Source of the DNA: Octopus bimaculoides
Taxonomy: Eukaryota
Assembly (NCBI RefSeq): GCF_001194135.2
Contig: NC_068989.1
Span: forward strand, 38,838,765-38,902,764
Length of the DNA: 64,000 nucleotides
Direction: 5' to 3'
The notes under the pieces were generated by a model. That model was not told where the DNA came from, did not search any database, and was given only the letters and a program-made list of their open reading frames with translations. Below are positions 50,261 through 63,695 of the stretch, piece after piece (position 1 is the first letter of the stretch; each line of letters begins with the position of its first letter). Position numbers and translations under genes: made by a program.

Positions 50261-51595
50261 GAGTGTGTGTGTACATATACATTCTTCTCATGCACACACA
50301 AATATACACAATTAAGTAATGGTAGCTGACAGAGATTAATGACAAACATATGAAGGGTAAGTAGTTACACAGAACAGTAAGGCAATTTCTCTTTTTACTT
50401 TTTGTTTATGTAATGCATTGGTGAAAAATTGTGTTGTGGGTTATAAGTTTCCAACAAAGCAATCACTGGTTCAGTGCATTTAGAATTAAATAATCAGAAA
50501 GGTAATTCTCTTAACCTAAGCTGTCTTCCAGAACATTCCTATTTAAAGAAAATATATAATAACAGATGTAGAATAGACAAAGTAATGAATGTAAAATAGC
50601 GTAAACTATAGAGTAAAGAGCTAATGTTTTTGAAAAGATGTTAAACAAGGAACTTAAGATTTGTATCTTTATCTCTTCTCTCCAGAACTTTCAGTCCTTT
50701 TCTATGAGACAGTATGTTTTTAAAACGGGCAAAGTCCCTACCCTTCCAATAACTGGCCAACTTTGGCACTTTCAGTTTCTTTTCATTGTACATAACCAAC
50801 CAGTATAGGGTCAGCAGAACAAAAGCTGTTGGCTGTTCGTTTTTTTCCACCACACATCAGTTATTTTCATCTTTGAAATCTTTGGCAAAAGCAGCACTGC
50901 TTTAAACCATATACTCTTAATACCATGTTGCATTCCTCTTTAACCTTTGTACAAAAACATCACTCAACTAGTAGATTTCATGCCATCTTCCACTGTTTCT
51001 GGGAGCAGAGATATGTAAACAATTTCCAGTCAAACCAAAACATTGGAAACTTTTTCAATATAACTAAAACACAACCCCTATATATATCAACAGAATAATC
51101 TAGCAAGAGAACACATTGCCCATATCAAATATTGTTTTGTAATTTATTTTACAAATTTCTTGATGTGAAATCATTCTAGTGTATGTAAACCCTTGTCAAG
51201 CTGGTGTCTACATAACTGTATTATATATAAGTGTACACTTATATATTTAAATCATTGCTGTTTAGTGTGCCTTTAATTGATTAATCAATTAATTTCAGCT
51301 TGATAAAGCTTTGCACATACCAGCAAATTTATTATTTGCTGTTCACATATAGGAATAAGGGTACTGAGTGGAGCATGAATGATGAATTCAACATAACTGA
51401 TGAAGCATAACAATATAGATTGTCTGACAGCCCAATATCATTCAGAACCTAGTTCTGTGTGTTTTCATACACTATGTCCTTAAGGATCATCTTTCTTCTG
51501 GGACCATTACCACAGCAAAGGTCATTCCCCATTTGAGTATATCTTACCGTGTTAAATAAATAAATACATGGCTTTACTTTAATTAACTAGATGAT

Positions 51596-51635
<40 letters not shown>

Positions 51636-51667
51636 GCTGCTGCTGCTGATGATGATGATGATCACCC

Positions 51668-51877
51668 TTTCTGCTATAGGCACAAGGCCTGGAATTTTGG
51701 GGGCAGTTGGCTAGTTGATAACATTGCCCTCAGTGGTCAACTGGTACTTATTTTGTTGGCTCCCAACAGGATGACAAGCAAAGTTGACTTCAGTGGATGA
51801 AATATCACTAAAAATGGACAAAATACCACTAAGCATTTTGTCCAGTATGCTAATGATTCTGCCAGCTTGCTGCCTTA
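51668..51877 (-). mobile_element. Family C SINE
   Basis: Ends ATTCTGCCAGCTTGCTGCCTTA on the + strand; preceded by (CTA)n(GAT)n. Confidence 0.85.
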
Positions 51878-52705
51878 ATAACAACAATAACAACAACCTC
51901 AACAACATTAATAAAAATGATATTAATAAATAGGAAATATGATCAGTGAATGTGTTTTTATCAGCAAAGTGATCCTCTCAAATTAAAACAGTATAAAAAA
52001 AATCCTCAAAGATATAACAAATACTTGTTCTTATAATATTTTTCAAATTTTTTATGGTAACTTTAAATCTGTAACATTTCAAACACTGCTTCCTGAAGAG
52101 TATGCTTCCTTTTCGTTTTAGGATATATTCTTAAGCTTACATCAGTTTCTGGTGCTCTACAAAGCTATAGTTTAACTTTTACTTGAGTATTATTTACTTA
52201 TCTAGCGCTTGTAATGTTCCTACATATTAACATCTGAGACTGCATCCAAAGTAAAGTTATCCCTCATGATTGATAAAGATTCATTCACTAATATATTTCA
52301 TTTATAGACTCACTGACATGCTGTTTCTTCGTTTTGTCTCTTCTATCTCTACTCCCAATGCCCTTTGCTTCACCAAACTTACAAGCTGTATACTAGTTCC
52401 ATCAAACACTCAGAATATACATTTCTTTTCCTTCAGTCATCCCAACTGTGTAGTATCACATAAAAATTCTAAGCTAAACTCTTATTTCAATTGCCCCTCC
52501 ACCACTGCAACATCCAAAGCTATGTAACTGTGGGATGGAAGGATTGAACTAAGATTTCTCAATGAACATTAGTATCCAGATACTTAGGCCAAATACACCA
52601 CCTGAATCAATCTCACCAGTGTCAAGTTGATGAGGGAGCTGCTGCAGAGTCAATAAGCCAGTTAGAAATAGAAATCAAATCTCTCACAAATCTCACATGT
52701 GTGTG

Positions 52706-53079
52706 TGTTGGCACTCCATCGCTTACAACGTTGAGGGTTCCAGTTGATCCGGAACAGCCTGCTCGTGAAATTAACGTGCAAGTGGCTGAGCACTCCACAG
52801 ACATGTGTACCCTTAACGTAGTTCTCGGGGATATTCAGCGTGACACAGTGTGACAAGGCTGGCCCTTTGAATTACAGGTACAACAGAAACAGGAAGTAAG
52901 AGTGAGAGAAAGTTGCGGTGAAAGAGTACACCTGGGTTCTCCACCATCCCCTGCCCGAGCCTCGTGGAGCTTTAGGTGTTTTTGCTCAATAAACACTCAC
53001 AACGCCGGGTCTGGGAATCGAAACTGTGATCCTATGACCGCGAGTCCACTGCCCTAACCACTGGGCCATTGTGCATCCA
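52706..53079 (-). mobile_element. Family B SINE, full length with target-site duplication
   Basis: tRNA head at 53010-53079; CACAAATCTCACAT at 52685-52698 and 53080-53093 (14-bp TSD). Confidence 0.93.
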
Positions 53080-53684
53080 CACAAATCTCACATAGCATTT
53101 TATATAATAAATGGGCAACCATGACTGAATGCTTTTGATCATAGGTCTTCTAAATCTGGGATAATCAGGCATAAACGACTGTAATGCCTTCCTGTCTGGG
53201 ATGGTTTGTATAGTGCAAAAATAGCACTCTGCTTCCTCCTACAAATTTTGAAAAAAGTTTCTTATAAACAGTGATGTTATTGTTATTAGAAACATTATAT
53301 AAGATGCGTAAGAGTAGCAATATGGTTTCTAATAGTGGTGAAAACCAATGAAATGGATGGGAAGGGCATAAGTGATTAAGTTGACCCAAAAACTAAATGG
53401 TATTCTATGAATTCATCATGGATGAATGTGTGTTGCCTAGTGGTTAGGGCATCAGACTTACAACCATCAGGCTGTGGTTTTGATTCCCAGATTACTCAGC
53501 AAAAATGAGTAGCAGCAACAGCTGAGAGATTTACTCTGAGATAGACTGGCACTCCATTCAAGAGTAAATGTTGCATTCTTTGTTTATACACCATGAAAAC
53601 TGGGATAAGCTCCAACCTGTTGGCTCATGACACATCTAGGTCCTGTATGTAAACCTAATCAGATTTGCCATCTGTATGTCAGTA

Positions 53685-53905
53685 AATATTGGTTTCAAAT
53701 TCTGGGGCACAAGGCCAGCAATTTTGGGGAGGGGCTAAATTGATTACATCAATCTCAGTGCTCAACTGATACTTATTTTATCAACCCCAAAAGGATGAAA
53801 GGGAAAGCTGACCATGGTGGAATTTGAACTCAGTACATTAAAGCAGATGAGATGCCGTTAAGCATTTGCCCAGCATGCTAATAATTCTGCTAGCTCACCA
53901 CCTTA
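53685..53905 (-). mobile_element. Family C SINE
   Basis: Collinear with the 13483-13697 copy. Confidence 0.85.
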
Positions 53906-54514
53906 TATGTTATTAAATATTTTAGCTTTGTAATAAAGCTACATGTTTTGGGGTTTATATTGATTCTCTCTAAATTGACTGATGCTTCAAATCTCAGATG
54001 AAGAAAAAGCACAGCTAACCTATTTGGGATTTGAACTTGAATCTTAAAAGACCATTTCTAAATACTGCCATTCAATTTGTCCAGTGTATTACCAATTCTG
54101 CCTTGAACCACCAGTCTTTAGAATGATATTCATAATACGACCATTATAAATTGGATTAATTCTTTGAGAAATTTCCTTTGAGTTGATCTGATAATCTGAC
54201 ATGAAAAGTATTTCTTCCTGCAATGAATAAACTGTTCTCTCAATAAACGTGATAGAGACAAAACAGTTACTAGAAAAATAAAATAAAAAAACAAAACAAA
54301 ACCCAACAACTGGATATTAATCAACAAAGCAAATACGTTCGTGATGAATATAAAGTAGTACAGAAAGCAACCAAATCAAAACTTTACTAGAAAATTCTGT
54401 TCTTCAAATAGCGTTGGTGGAAAATGTTTGTGGACATTCTGCATAGCTGCGTGAATTTACATATTTAAATATTCACAGACTTGCATACATGTATCTATCT
54501 ATCTATTTATCTAT

Positions 54515-54526
54515 CTAACTATATTT

Positions 54527-54602
<76 letters not shown>

Positions 54603-54735
54603 TATATATATATGCATATACATATATGTATGTATGTACATATATGTGTGTGACTGAGCATGTGTAACTATATATATATATATATATATATGTGTTTGTG
54701 TGTGTGTGTGTGTGTGTGTATGTGTACATTCACAC
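54515..54735. repeat. Compound (TA)n/(TG)n microsatellite
   Basis: Direct inspection. Confidence 0.95.
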
Positions 54736-55621
54736 ACAATATATACTTCATTTGTTAACAGAATCAGCAGTCTTAAATTACGAATAAATTTCTGAGTTGT
54801 AAACATTTTATACTCAGTGTCTTAAATGTTTGCTGACAACTACTTAAACTTAATGTTCCAGGGAAAATATCTGACTCAGATGGGATCAAACTTCTTTCAT
54901 CCATCAAATTTCTTTAGCATTAGTCACCCATAGTATACCAGAATTCAGAAGATTTGTTACTTGTGAGTGAATGAATACTGTATCAACATCAACAGTATAT
55001 AAGAGCATTAATTGTGAATGAATATAATCAATATAGACGGGGCAGTAACTCTATTATACTAAAACATAAGTTAAGCGTTTTGATTGTCAGCAATTATTAA
55101 GTTGCAAAAAGAGACTTAAATGATTTGAAAGATCTATGAAGGTGTCTAAAATTTCAAGTTGGTGTTAGTGTTGTTGGATATTTTTTGAATGTCTAAAAAG
55201 TTTTACTAAATTATCCAGTTTTAGTGGTGTTATTTGATAGAGGATTAGTTATATGCTAAACATTGGTTTCAAAAGAGGAAGAGAGTAGAGAGTGAAGCTT
55301 GCCCAGCTGGATAAATTCCTGTGTTGTGATACTGTTAATCTGGTGTAAGTGGTATTCTCCTGTTAGACAGGATGAATTCACGTGTGTGGATATACAATGT
55401 GAAAAATAATCTTTCTATGTTTAAGAAGTAATTGAGCAGTATGTATGTTCTGCCTACTATACATAGACTGTATTTCCACAGTCTATGTGCGCTTGGCATT
55501 GATTTATCCAGGGCTCTCCATTTGATGCTAGAGCTGATGGCAGTCTTTCAATTTCCAGATATGGCTTCCTAACTTTGTAGATTTCCTCTATAATGTGACT
55601 TATAGAAGATATACTAAAACG

Positions 55622-55662
<41 letters not shown>

Positions 55663-55772
55663 GCAAACATCTATAGTTACATTTGACAATAAAGTACAGT
55701 GGACAAAAGAGTAAATGTTAGACTTCACTTAGAATATTGGATAAGTTAGATTGAATAAGTTAGTGTCCATTA

Positions 55773-55957
55773 TTGGTTTCAGATTTTAGGTCAAGGTTAG
55801 AAATTTCAGGGTGGGGTATGTTGATTTTATCAACTCCCGAAAGGATGAAATGCAAAATTCACCTCGGCAGAATTTTAACTAAAGATGTACAGATGAATAA
55901 AATGCCTCTAAGCGTTTTGCCTGATATGCTAACAATTTTGCCAGCTTGCTGCCTTAC
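55773..55957 (-). mobile_element. Family C SINE with internal deletion
   Basis: GAAAGGATGAAATGCAAAATTCACCTCGGCAGAATT...GCCAGCTTGCTGCCTTA. Confidence 0.8.
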
Positions 55958-55989
55958 CCAGTGTCTATTATTAACAATAGTTTTAAATA

Positions 55990-56900
55990 TCTTTGACATT
56001 TGTTTTGCCATACTTTCATATGTAGGTAGTTCTTCTGCAGCCCTTTATAATACCAATCAGCTTGGTCCTCTGTCATCTCTAAGATCTCATCATTTGATCT
56101 CGTGTCTTCCTGGGTTTCCCTCTACATCAGCTGCAAGTGCCTGGTATGCAACGTTTATCATCAATACATACCACATGCCTATACTTGCACAATCTTCCCT
56201 ATTGCACACTGCATCAGTGTCCTTTTCTCTCAGTGTATTCTGTCTGTCCACTAACACTAACATTTTATATCTTACAAAGCATGCTTGCAATAACCACAAA
56301 TCCCCAGCATTCAGTACCCAAGTCTCAGTACCATACACCAACACATTTCATAAACAATCATCATCAAGCAATCTTTTTTTCACTTTGAGAAGGAAACCTT
56401 TTTGTAACTAGTTGAGGTAAAAGCACCCTGAACATTTTCCAGTCAGCTTTTACTTTGGCTAGTATACTTTCAGAATACTCACCTCCACCACTAATTAAGT
56501 CATCTAATTAACGAATGCTACCAGCTAGTAAAAAGCCTTCTGGGCATTTGAGAGAATCTATTTCTCATGCAATGGGCCATTTGTTTTCTGTCAAATATGT
56601 GTTTTCATTCTTGGTTACAAAATTTGACTGTGATATGGGAATCCAATTTGCAATGTCAGTTTGGTCTTCAGTAGTTCTTTGGAATATACATTCAAGTAAT
56701 TTTCTGTAGAACATCAATATCTTTCATCAGTAACCCACTATCTGTTCTCTTCTTGGTGCCTCCCACTATGCATGTTTCTCACACCTTTAGCAAAAGTTTC
56801 AGCTTCAGTCATGTAGGTTTAGTCAGTTTAGTTCTTTCTTGAAAGTATCTGGCGATGATACATTCTAACCAAAATTTTTCCATTCATTCATAGATCTTAG
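55990..56900 (-). mobile_element. Decayed RTE LINE (RT C-terminal region)
   Basis: LDDLISGGGEYSESILAKVKADWKMFRVLLPQL and MLVYGTETWVL resemble RTE YLGxxxSxGGG...WxKFRELLPxL...LLYGSETW. Confidence 0.8.
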
Positions 56901-58089
56901 AAAAGGACAAGAGATTTTCTAGCAAGAGATGTTTTTACTAAGATATTGCTTTTCTTTGTCTTCCTGATACATATTGTAAATTAGAAACAAATTGTGATTA
57001 ATGCTGGTTTGTTCTAATATTTTTCCTGATAACAGGGTTTTGTTTTAGTGTCTTGAGTTCATGCTTTGAAATCGTCAATTTTCTCTCAAGATTTTGGAGT
57101 ATAAAATCCCATACATTCTTGTTAAATTTTCCTCGAAGAGTATTTAAAGTCCTGTGAAGTTATTATTCACTTTATACCTAATGTATATATGCCTGACTGC
57201 TTGCCTGTAACTACTTGTTCTCTTCTGCTTTTAATTACTTGAAGTCTTCTTGAAAAGAAGGAGCTGGTTTCTAACACTGTTCCATCATTGGAATGTAGAT
57301 AACAAAAACAAATTCTTACTTTAAACTTGAGAAAAGATTTGCATATTTTACTGTTCATTTACAGACTGTATTTGTAACATGTGAATTAGCTGGTTGATTT
57401 CTTTTTCTGAAAACCCTAGCTTATCCAGATTGTCACTTAGGCATTTACTGGCAAAACCAAGTGCATCAAGTATAATTGGTATAATTGTGAATTTATAATC
57501 TGGATACAGAAGCTGAAGGTTTCAAAACAGCTGTTCTATATTCATCCTCTTTCCCATTGATTTTTGAAGAGATATTCACACCAGCAGGGCAGCTAACCTC
57601 TATGTCAGTGCTTGCTTTTTCTTGGCTGTCCCAAACAATGTTATCAGGCCTGTTACGGTTACATTTGACAGAAGTTTTGATGTGAATGTTGCACCAATAT
57701 TCCTTTATGCAGACATGCATCTATGTGGGTGCATGCACATGCATGCATGTGTGAGTGCATTCATATGTATGTATGTGTGTATTCAAACTTCAATTAGCAG
57801 AGTTAATTTGTTCAGTAAAAATTTGTTCTAATTGAAACTATGTTAATTGCACATTTTAGAATACAAGAAATGCTTCAACAATTAGTTTAAAAACATTCAA
57901 AGTAATTCTTTGAAGTTTGTTTTTTAATGCATTTTGATGCCATATTCCAAACTAATACAGCAATAAAAGATAATGAAAATGAATTTAGTATTCAGTCGTT
58001 TATTAGAAATGAAACAATGTGCTATACTGTAGAGTGCATTAAAACAAAGGGTAAAAAAAAAAAACTTTTACCATTACATTTTCCCAGGC

Positions 58090-59580
58090 CATTTGAGCAA
58101 AATTTTTATAATTTTTCTTTTTATCTCTATAAATTTCCTGCAGCAGCAGCATACTTTGAGTTATGCCAAATGCATGTTTATTGGTAGTTAGGACTGATAT
58201 CTATTATTAATTCCTTAAGACTTTATGAATTCACAAAACATCAAATCAGCCAAAATCCTTTACTGTAATTTCCTTCATTTGTTCATTCTCATTGATATAT
58301 TGCTTGTTGGATGCATCATATACATACTGTTGATCCAGTTTAAGATGGTCATGTTCAGTCAATTCTTTCAAATGTGATTCAAGAAATTATGAAACATTGT
58401 ATCATATATTTCCTTGAAACCAATTTTTCTTCTAATGGCTGCTATATATTTTTTTTTATTTCCTATTTCATCCTGTTGGTAAATGTCAGTGAAATCATTT
58501 AATGCAACATGATAAAATATATTTCTAAATGGGTCATGTTTTGTTTTCCTTTCACTTAAGATTCATTAATATTTTTAATGGCAACATTTACATTAAATTG
58601 TTTCAAATTTGTACCAACAAAATTTGCATTTTCTCCTATTTTAACTTCAAATGCTTATAAAATGCTTGCAAAGCAAAAACAAAAATAAAAAATGGAGAAA
58701 GATTTAAATGTAGCAATTACCTCTTGGCTTATTTGCTGTAAAATGACTGTTATGCTTGCAGGCAAAAATATGACTTGCAAGTTCAGAGGGATGTCCAGAG
58801 TCATTCTCTGAGTTTAATTTAAAAAAATACGACTTTTCTGCAACCAAAGAAAATGAAAATAAAGACCACTCTTCAACAAATAATTTAGTCAACCATACTG
58901 CGTTGTTGGACTGACAAATAATGGTAAAGATTCTTAGTTGTAGCCTTTAAGAACAGTGTGGATCTGTGTGTGGTACTCAAGCACAGGATTTGGCTTAAAG
59001 TCACCTTCATCATTTTCTTCCAATAAAAGTGTTAAGTAACTTTCAACACATAAAATTCAGGTTGCATTCTACAATAAAATGGTTTTTGAAGGTATTTTTT
59101 CCAAAATAGGCCTGTTTCATTCACAATTATTATTTTTATTTTGTTAAAATCTCTTCAATCTTTATTATTTTCTTTAAACATTGATATATTTTTCTGCTGA
59201 ATTTTTGTCTGCACTTTGCAAACGTGAATTCTTGTTAAGAGTTTTGAATCTGTCAAACCAACCAGAACTAATGTTAAAAGTATCTTCAGTTTCTGCTAGA
59301 ATCTCATTTTCTTTCATAAAGTTTCCTTTAATTGCAGAAAAGGAACTTAACGCTTTCAGTTTAATGGTGGTTCTTAGTGCTGTTCATCCACAAAGACAAA
59401 AGATGTTCTGCATCCAGCATGACACTCAAGTTGATACAGTTTTAATTTTACCTAAAAATCATGTTTTTCTCATAATTGTTCACACTGTTGCTTCAATTAT
59501 TCTTAAGCCTTATTTTATTTTTGTTTTACTGTCAACACATTTACATTTTCTTTTATAACTTTCAATTTATCAACTGGAGT
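58090..59580 (-). pseudogene. Tigger/pogo (TIGD-like, CENP-B HTH plus DDE) transposase pseudogene
   Basis: NISSGWFDRFK (about 59240-59276); VNETGLFWKK (about 59097-59126); LTLLLEENDEGDFKP; WLTKLFVEEW; DSGHP; VIATFK; ESHLKELTEHD; QEIYRDKKK. Many stops and frameshifts. Confidence 0.88.
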
Positions 59581-61139
59581 TAACATTATCTTCTTTCCAA
59601 CAGAGCCTCTTTATAGATAGTTATTGAGAATAGATTATGCATCTTATTGTATTTTGTGGAGTGGAGCAACCCAATCACCACACAAAAACACAAGATTTTC
59701 AGTGATAATATCAAAGCATAACTATATAAGTTGACATCTGAGAATACAACAGAACAATTTAGCATAAATATATGTATATATAAATAAACAAACACATAAT
59801 TTTATAAACTTGAGGGTATGTACTGCATTGACCAGAGTGTTGACTTTGAGGAGTAACCTTAAAGGATCACCCAATATTGGAGCTTTAAGGCCACCTTAGA
59901 TGTTTCTCACATATTTTCTTGAATTCTACCAATGTATAAATTCTATTGTGGAAAGCTCTTTTAATTAACAGGACTATAGCATATACCCACTGACCTAAAT
60001 CTAAGAAATTGTTCCATATTTGAGGAAACAAATATAAGATCTATCTTGCCATGGTTTGGTTAGAAACTGAATAGCCTTCTTGAAGTAAATCGATTTTTTT
60101 GTTAGCAGATAGCCTTGTGCTTGTATATGCACCATTGATTTCTTTACTTTACTAAAAATGCTCAGACAATTTTATATATAAGAATTACAGAAATGATATT
60201 TCACTGGAATAAAAATACACCACATATGAAGTGAAGGTTAAATAGATGACACACAGAACAAGCTATTCTGTACAATGTTTTTTTCATGACCGGATTAGAT
60301 GATTCAAAGACAGTATCTATATCAGATTTGAATGTCTACACCATAGTATCTTTTGCCCTGGAAATAATGTTTTGTAGTAGCCATGTATCAGGAGATTACC
60401 TGATTTAATGGTTATTGGTTGTCAGTGTCTAATATGCAGCACATATTTCTAGTGTGGTAGAAAACATTGGATTTGCTTTTTGTGCTTGCATGTGCAACTG
60501 CATTACATTCTACAATGGAATGTGGGAATGGCCTGTTCTTCTGGAGAGAAAGTTTAAGAGACACTACAACTTCTTGTTGCTGAAATTGTTGTTTATCAGT
60601 TATTGTCTAAGGCTTGCATTGTAATATTTTGTGCTTCACTCAACCATATTGTAGTTGTGCCTTGCATTTGTAAAATTTCATTTGTTCTCTGGAATATTAA
60701 TCTTCTTCAATCAATGAATATGGTGGTATTTTCTTTTTTGGAAACCATTCTACATTTGTCTGTAAATCAAGCTCTGTAACCTAGATTTCTTTGGCTTGAA
60801 AGCTTCTTTGGCTTTGCTCATAGTTGTTATCATCCGAGAACACATTTTCTTAGCTTCTCATTTAAAGATAGCTGACCAGTCAGCTGTGTTAAAGAATGTT
60901 GAATGTCCAAAATGTCTTTTATTTATTTATTTTTTTTTTGTGGCACCAAAAATTAATTTCATGATTTGTCTGATTATCCAATGCTGATAAAAAACATTTA
61001 GTCTGATCAGCACTGGTTTAGTGTAAGGAGCTCAGATGTGGTATAGGTGTGGTATTTGCAGGTAGATCTGTTAAAATAAGATCATGTATCTTGTCTCTTT
61101 TTGTTGATTCATTTATAATCTACTGTAAACAAAGGTAGT

Positions 61140-61610
61140 GAAAGAGTTGTGTGCACTATTCATCTATGTCTGTTGCTCAGTTACCATAGCAGTCCTGATG
61201 GTAGGTGCTGCACAGCAGACTGTGTACTGAACTTGAGCCACTTTCATAACATCCAGTGGTATCACAAGATATTACAGTTGTGACAACCAGTGATTTCAAG
61301 GAAAGATTTAAGCAACATATGTGCTCTTTCAGGTGAAGGGATAGGGATAATCCATTCTCCTTATCCAGCTTAAGCTAGAGGCTCTGCAACAAAGAAAATT
61401 ACTTCTCAAACACCATGTGGAGCATCCTTGACAGAACCTCTCCTTGCTTACTTGGAGTTCATAGTTACCAAATCTGCATATGTGAGAAAGTGCATATACT
61501 GCAACAGCTTGTTGTATCCATCAACAAGAAAACTCATCTATTATATAACAAACACCAAAGATATGGTTGCTGAAAAGATTACCTTACTTCTAGCTAACTC
61601 ATGCACAACT
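61140..61610 (+). mobile_element. Penelope-like GIY-YIG endonuclease fragment
   Basis: SPDGRCCT (CPxxGxC-like), DFKERFKQHMCSFR (from 61292), WSILDRT...CICEKVHIL. Confidence 0.78.
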
Positions 61611-62140
61611 TCAAAATACATAATACCTGTTTTCCAATAGTGAGACTTCTTCCCTTTTGCATACCATTATAGTAACCACCATTACCCACCAAAACTTAAA
61701 GCCCAATCTATGCTTGACACACATATTAATGTGTAATCTAGCACCACCTGTATTAGATAGAGTATCAGTATCTAACATCACTAAATTCTCAAACCTTACA
61801 GGCTGTTAACTATCACCAATGGACTGTCACCTTTACTATATGGCATCATATAACAATTTTCTAGTGTCACTGTTTTATAAAACTGTTTATACAACTTAAA
61901 CTGACCAATGGAAGCCAAAATATTCTCTTTAAAATTTTTTTATTCAGTCTGCATACACTGGAGCATGTAGATGTACATCTGTGCCAACGAATCTTTAAGT
62001 AATGTATAACTGTATCAGTCTTATATCCACTATTAATAACTCCAACTAAATGCAATGAGTACCAATTTTTCATTTTGCACTTGTTTGTAGGTGAAAAATA
62101 TATGTGAATAAGTATATTCAAATATATGCTTATATATATA

Positions 62141-62282
62141 TGGCGTTAGGAAGGGCATCCAGCTGTAGAAACTCTGCCAAATCAGATTGGAGCCTGGTGT
62201 AGCCATCTAGTTTCACCAGTCCTCAGTCTAATCGTCCAACCCATGCTAGCATGGAAAGCGGACTTTAAACGATGATGATGAT
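62141..62282 (+). mobile_element. Family D 3' part, young copy, inside (TA)n
   Basis: Reverse-complement match to 63700-63845; (GAT)n tail. Confidence 0.9.
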
Positions 62283-62283
62283 A

Positions 62284-62345
<62 letters not shown>

Positions 62346-62758
62346 CATTGACATTTATGTGTGTGCATATGTGTATTTTTGTACTTTATGAAAATACAAT
62401 TTGTTTATAATTTGAAATAGTTTACATCCTGTTCTTACTGTTTTTCCCATCCTGAAGACAAAATATACAACATCAGGATGTTCAAAGTTTTGAAATGCCA
62501 ATTATAAAATATTCCTGCTGGTAGCCTTATAATTTACTCTATATTTATACATTATGTTCTGAACTGAATTTTGTCTTTTATTTCCTTTATGCATTGGAGA
62601 CCAGAAATAAAACAATGACAAAAGAAGTTGATCACTGAGACAAACTCTTCTATTTTAAGTTTATTAATCAGAAAAATACTGCTGACAAAATTGTTTCTCA
62701 CTAGTATTGTGAATACTAAGGAAATTATATGTAAATAAGTGACTTGTGAGATATGTTT

Positions 62759-62974
62759 AAGGGGGTGCTGTAAAGTTCCTGGCTTTAAGAATATCATGAA
62801 AGGTCTCATTGGAGGCTCAACCTTCTGAGTTCTTTTACAGGACTTAGAAAAACTGAAAGATCACTGCAATAAGTATGTGCATTTGAGAGGGGAATATGAT
62901 TAATAAAATCAAAATTAACTAATCCTCCTGTATTTTCTTTTATCCAAAGCCAAGAACTTTTCAGCACCCCCTCG
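62759..62974 (+). mobile_element. mariner-derived MITE
   Basis: TIRs AAGGGGGTGCTGTAAAGTTCCTGGCTTT and reverse-complement GAGGGGGTGCTGAAAAGTTCTTGGCTTT; TA at the right flank; internal HCNKYVHLRGEY resembles the mariner C-terminal KCVxLxGxY. Confidence 0.85.
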
Positions 62975-63695
62975 TACATGCTATGTACAAGTGTTTGATT
63001 TCACCAATCTCTTCCATTTGGACCTGCATTGTTTGGCTGGATTATCTTCCAATTGCCTGACAGACCTTCCATGAGTACTTCTCCAATTTCTTGGATCCCA
63101 CTCAACAGCTACGCAGGTGTATCTGTTGTCTGTGAGCCTTGCAACATTTCTTGTTTAGTGGAACTTGTGAAAAGTACAATCAAGTAAAGAATAGAAGCTA
63201 ACACAATCAAAATGTATAAGTCTGAGTGATAGAAAGAGACTGAGCAGATGTAGAAAGGTACAATAAACAAAGTTAGAGATGTCAAATAGTTTTGTGGAGA
63301 ATGTGGCATACAGATTGGTATCCACCAAGGATGTGTCCTCTCTGACCTTTTATAAATTATTTTTGTCATGCTTAAGGCTTTACCAGGAGTTCTGAACTAA
63401 TTGTCTATGGGAGCTTTATTTAACTTTGTATCAGAATTAATTGAAGTGTTAGAGAAAAATTTCCTAATTTTGGTATCCCGTTTCAGAATTGAAGGCCCTA
63501 AATATCAACATGACACAGATCAAAGTTTTAGTTATTAACTAACAACTTTAACCTGTGTCATGTTGAGATGAAGAATTGTCAAAGTAGCATCTGGTCAGTG
63601 GACTGTTAATCAGTATATATGAATGACATAAATATTGGAGACACTAACAGTACAAGTTCATATATTACAGAAACAGCTCACTTGGCATAGTTTAA

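Noticed and set aside
55050-55420. Possible fifth PLE RT remnant on the minus strand (GEYHLHQINSI)
   Set aside because: Single weak motif.
55773-56411. 212-aa plus-strand ORF
   Set aside because: Antisense read-through of a SINE and an RTE remnant.
57780-57815. Candidate Tigger TIR for the 58-59.6 kb transposase
   Set aside because: No matching inverted copy found on the other side.
59850-60960. Possible MULE-like transposase remnant on the minus strand
   Set aside because: Only vague Cys/His motifs and no catalytic signature.
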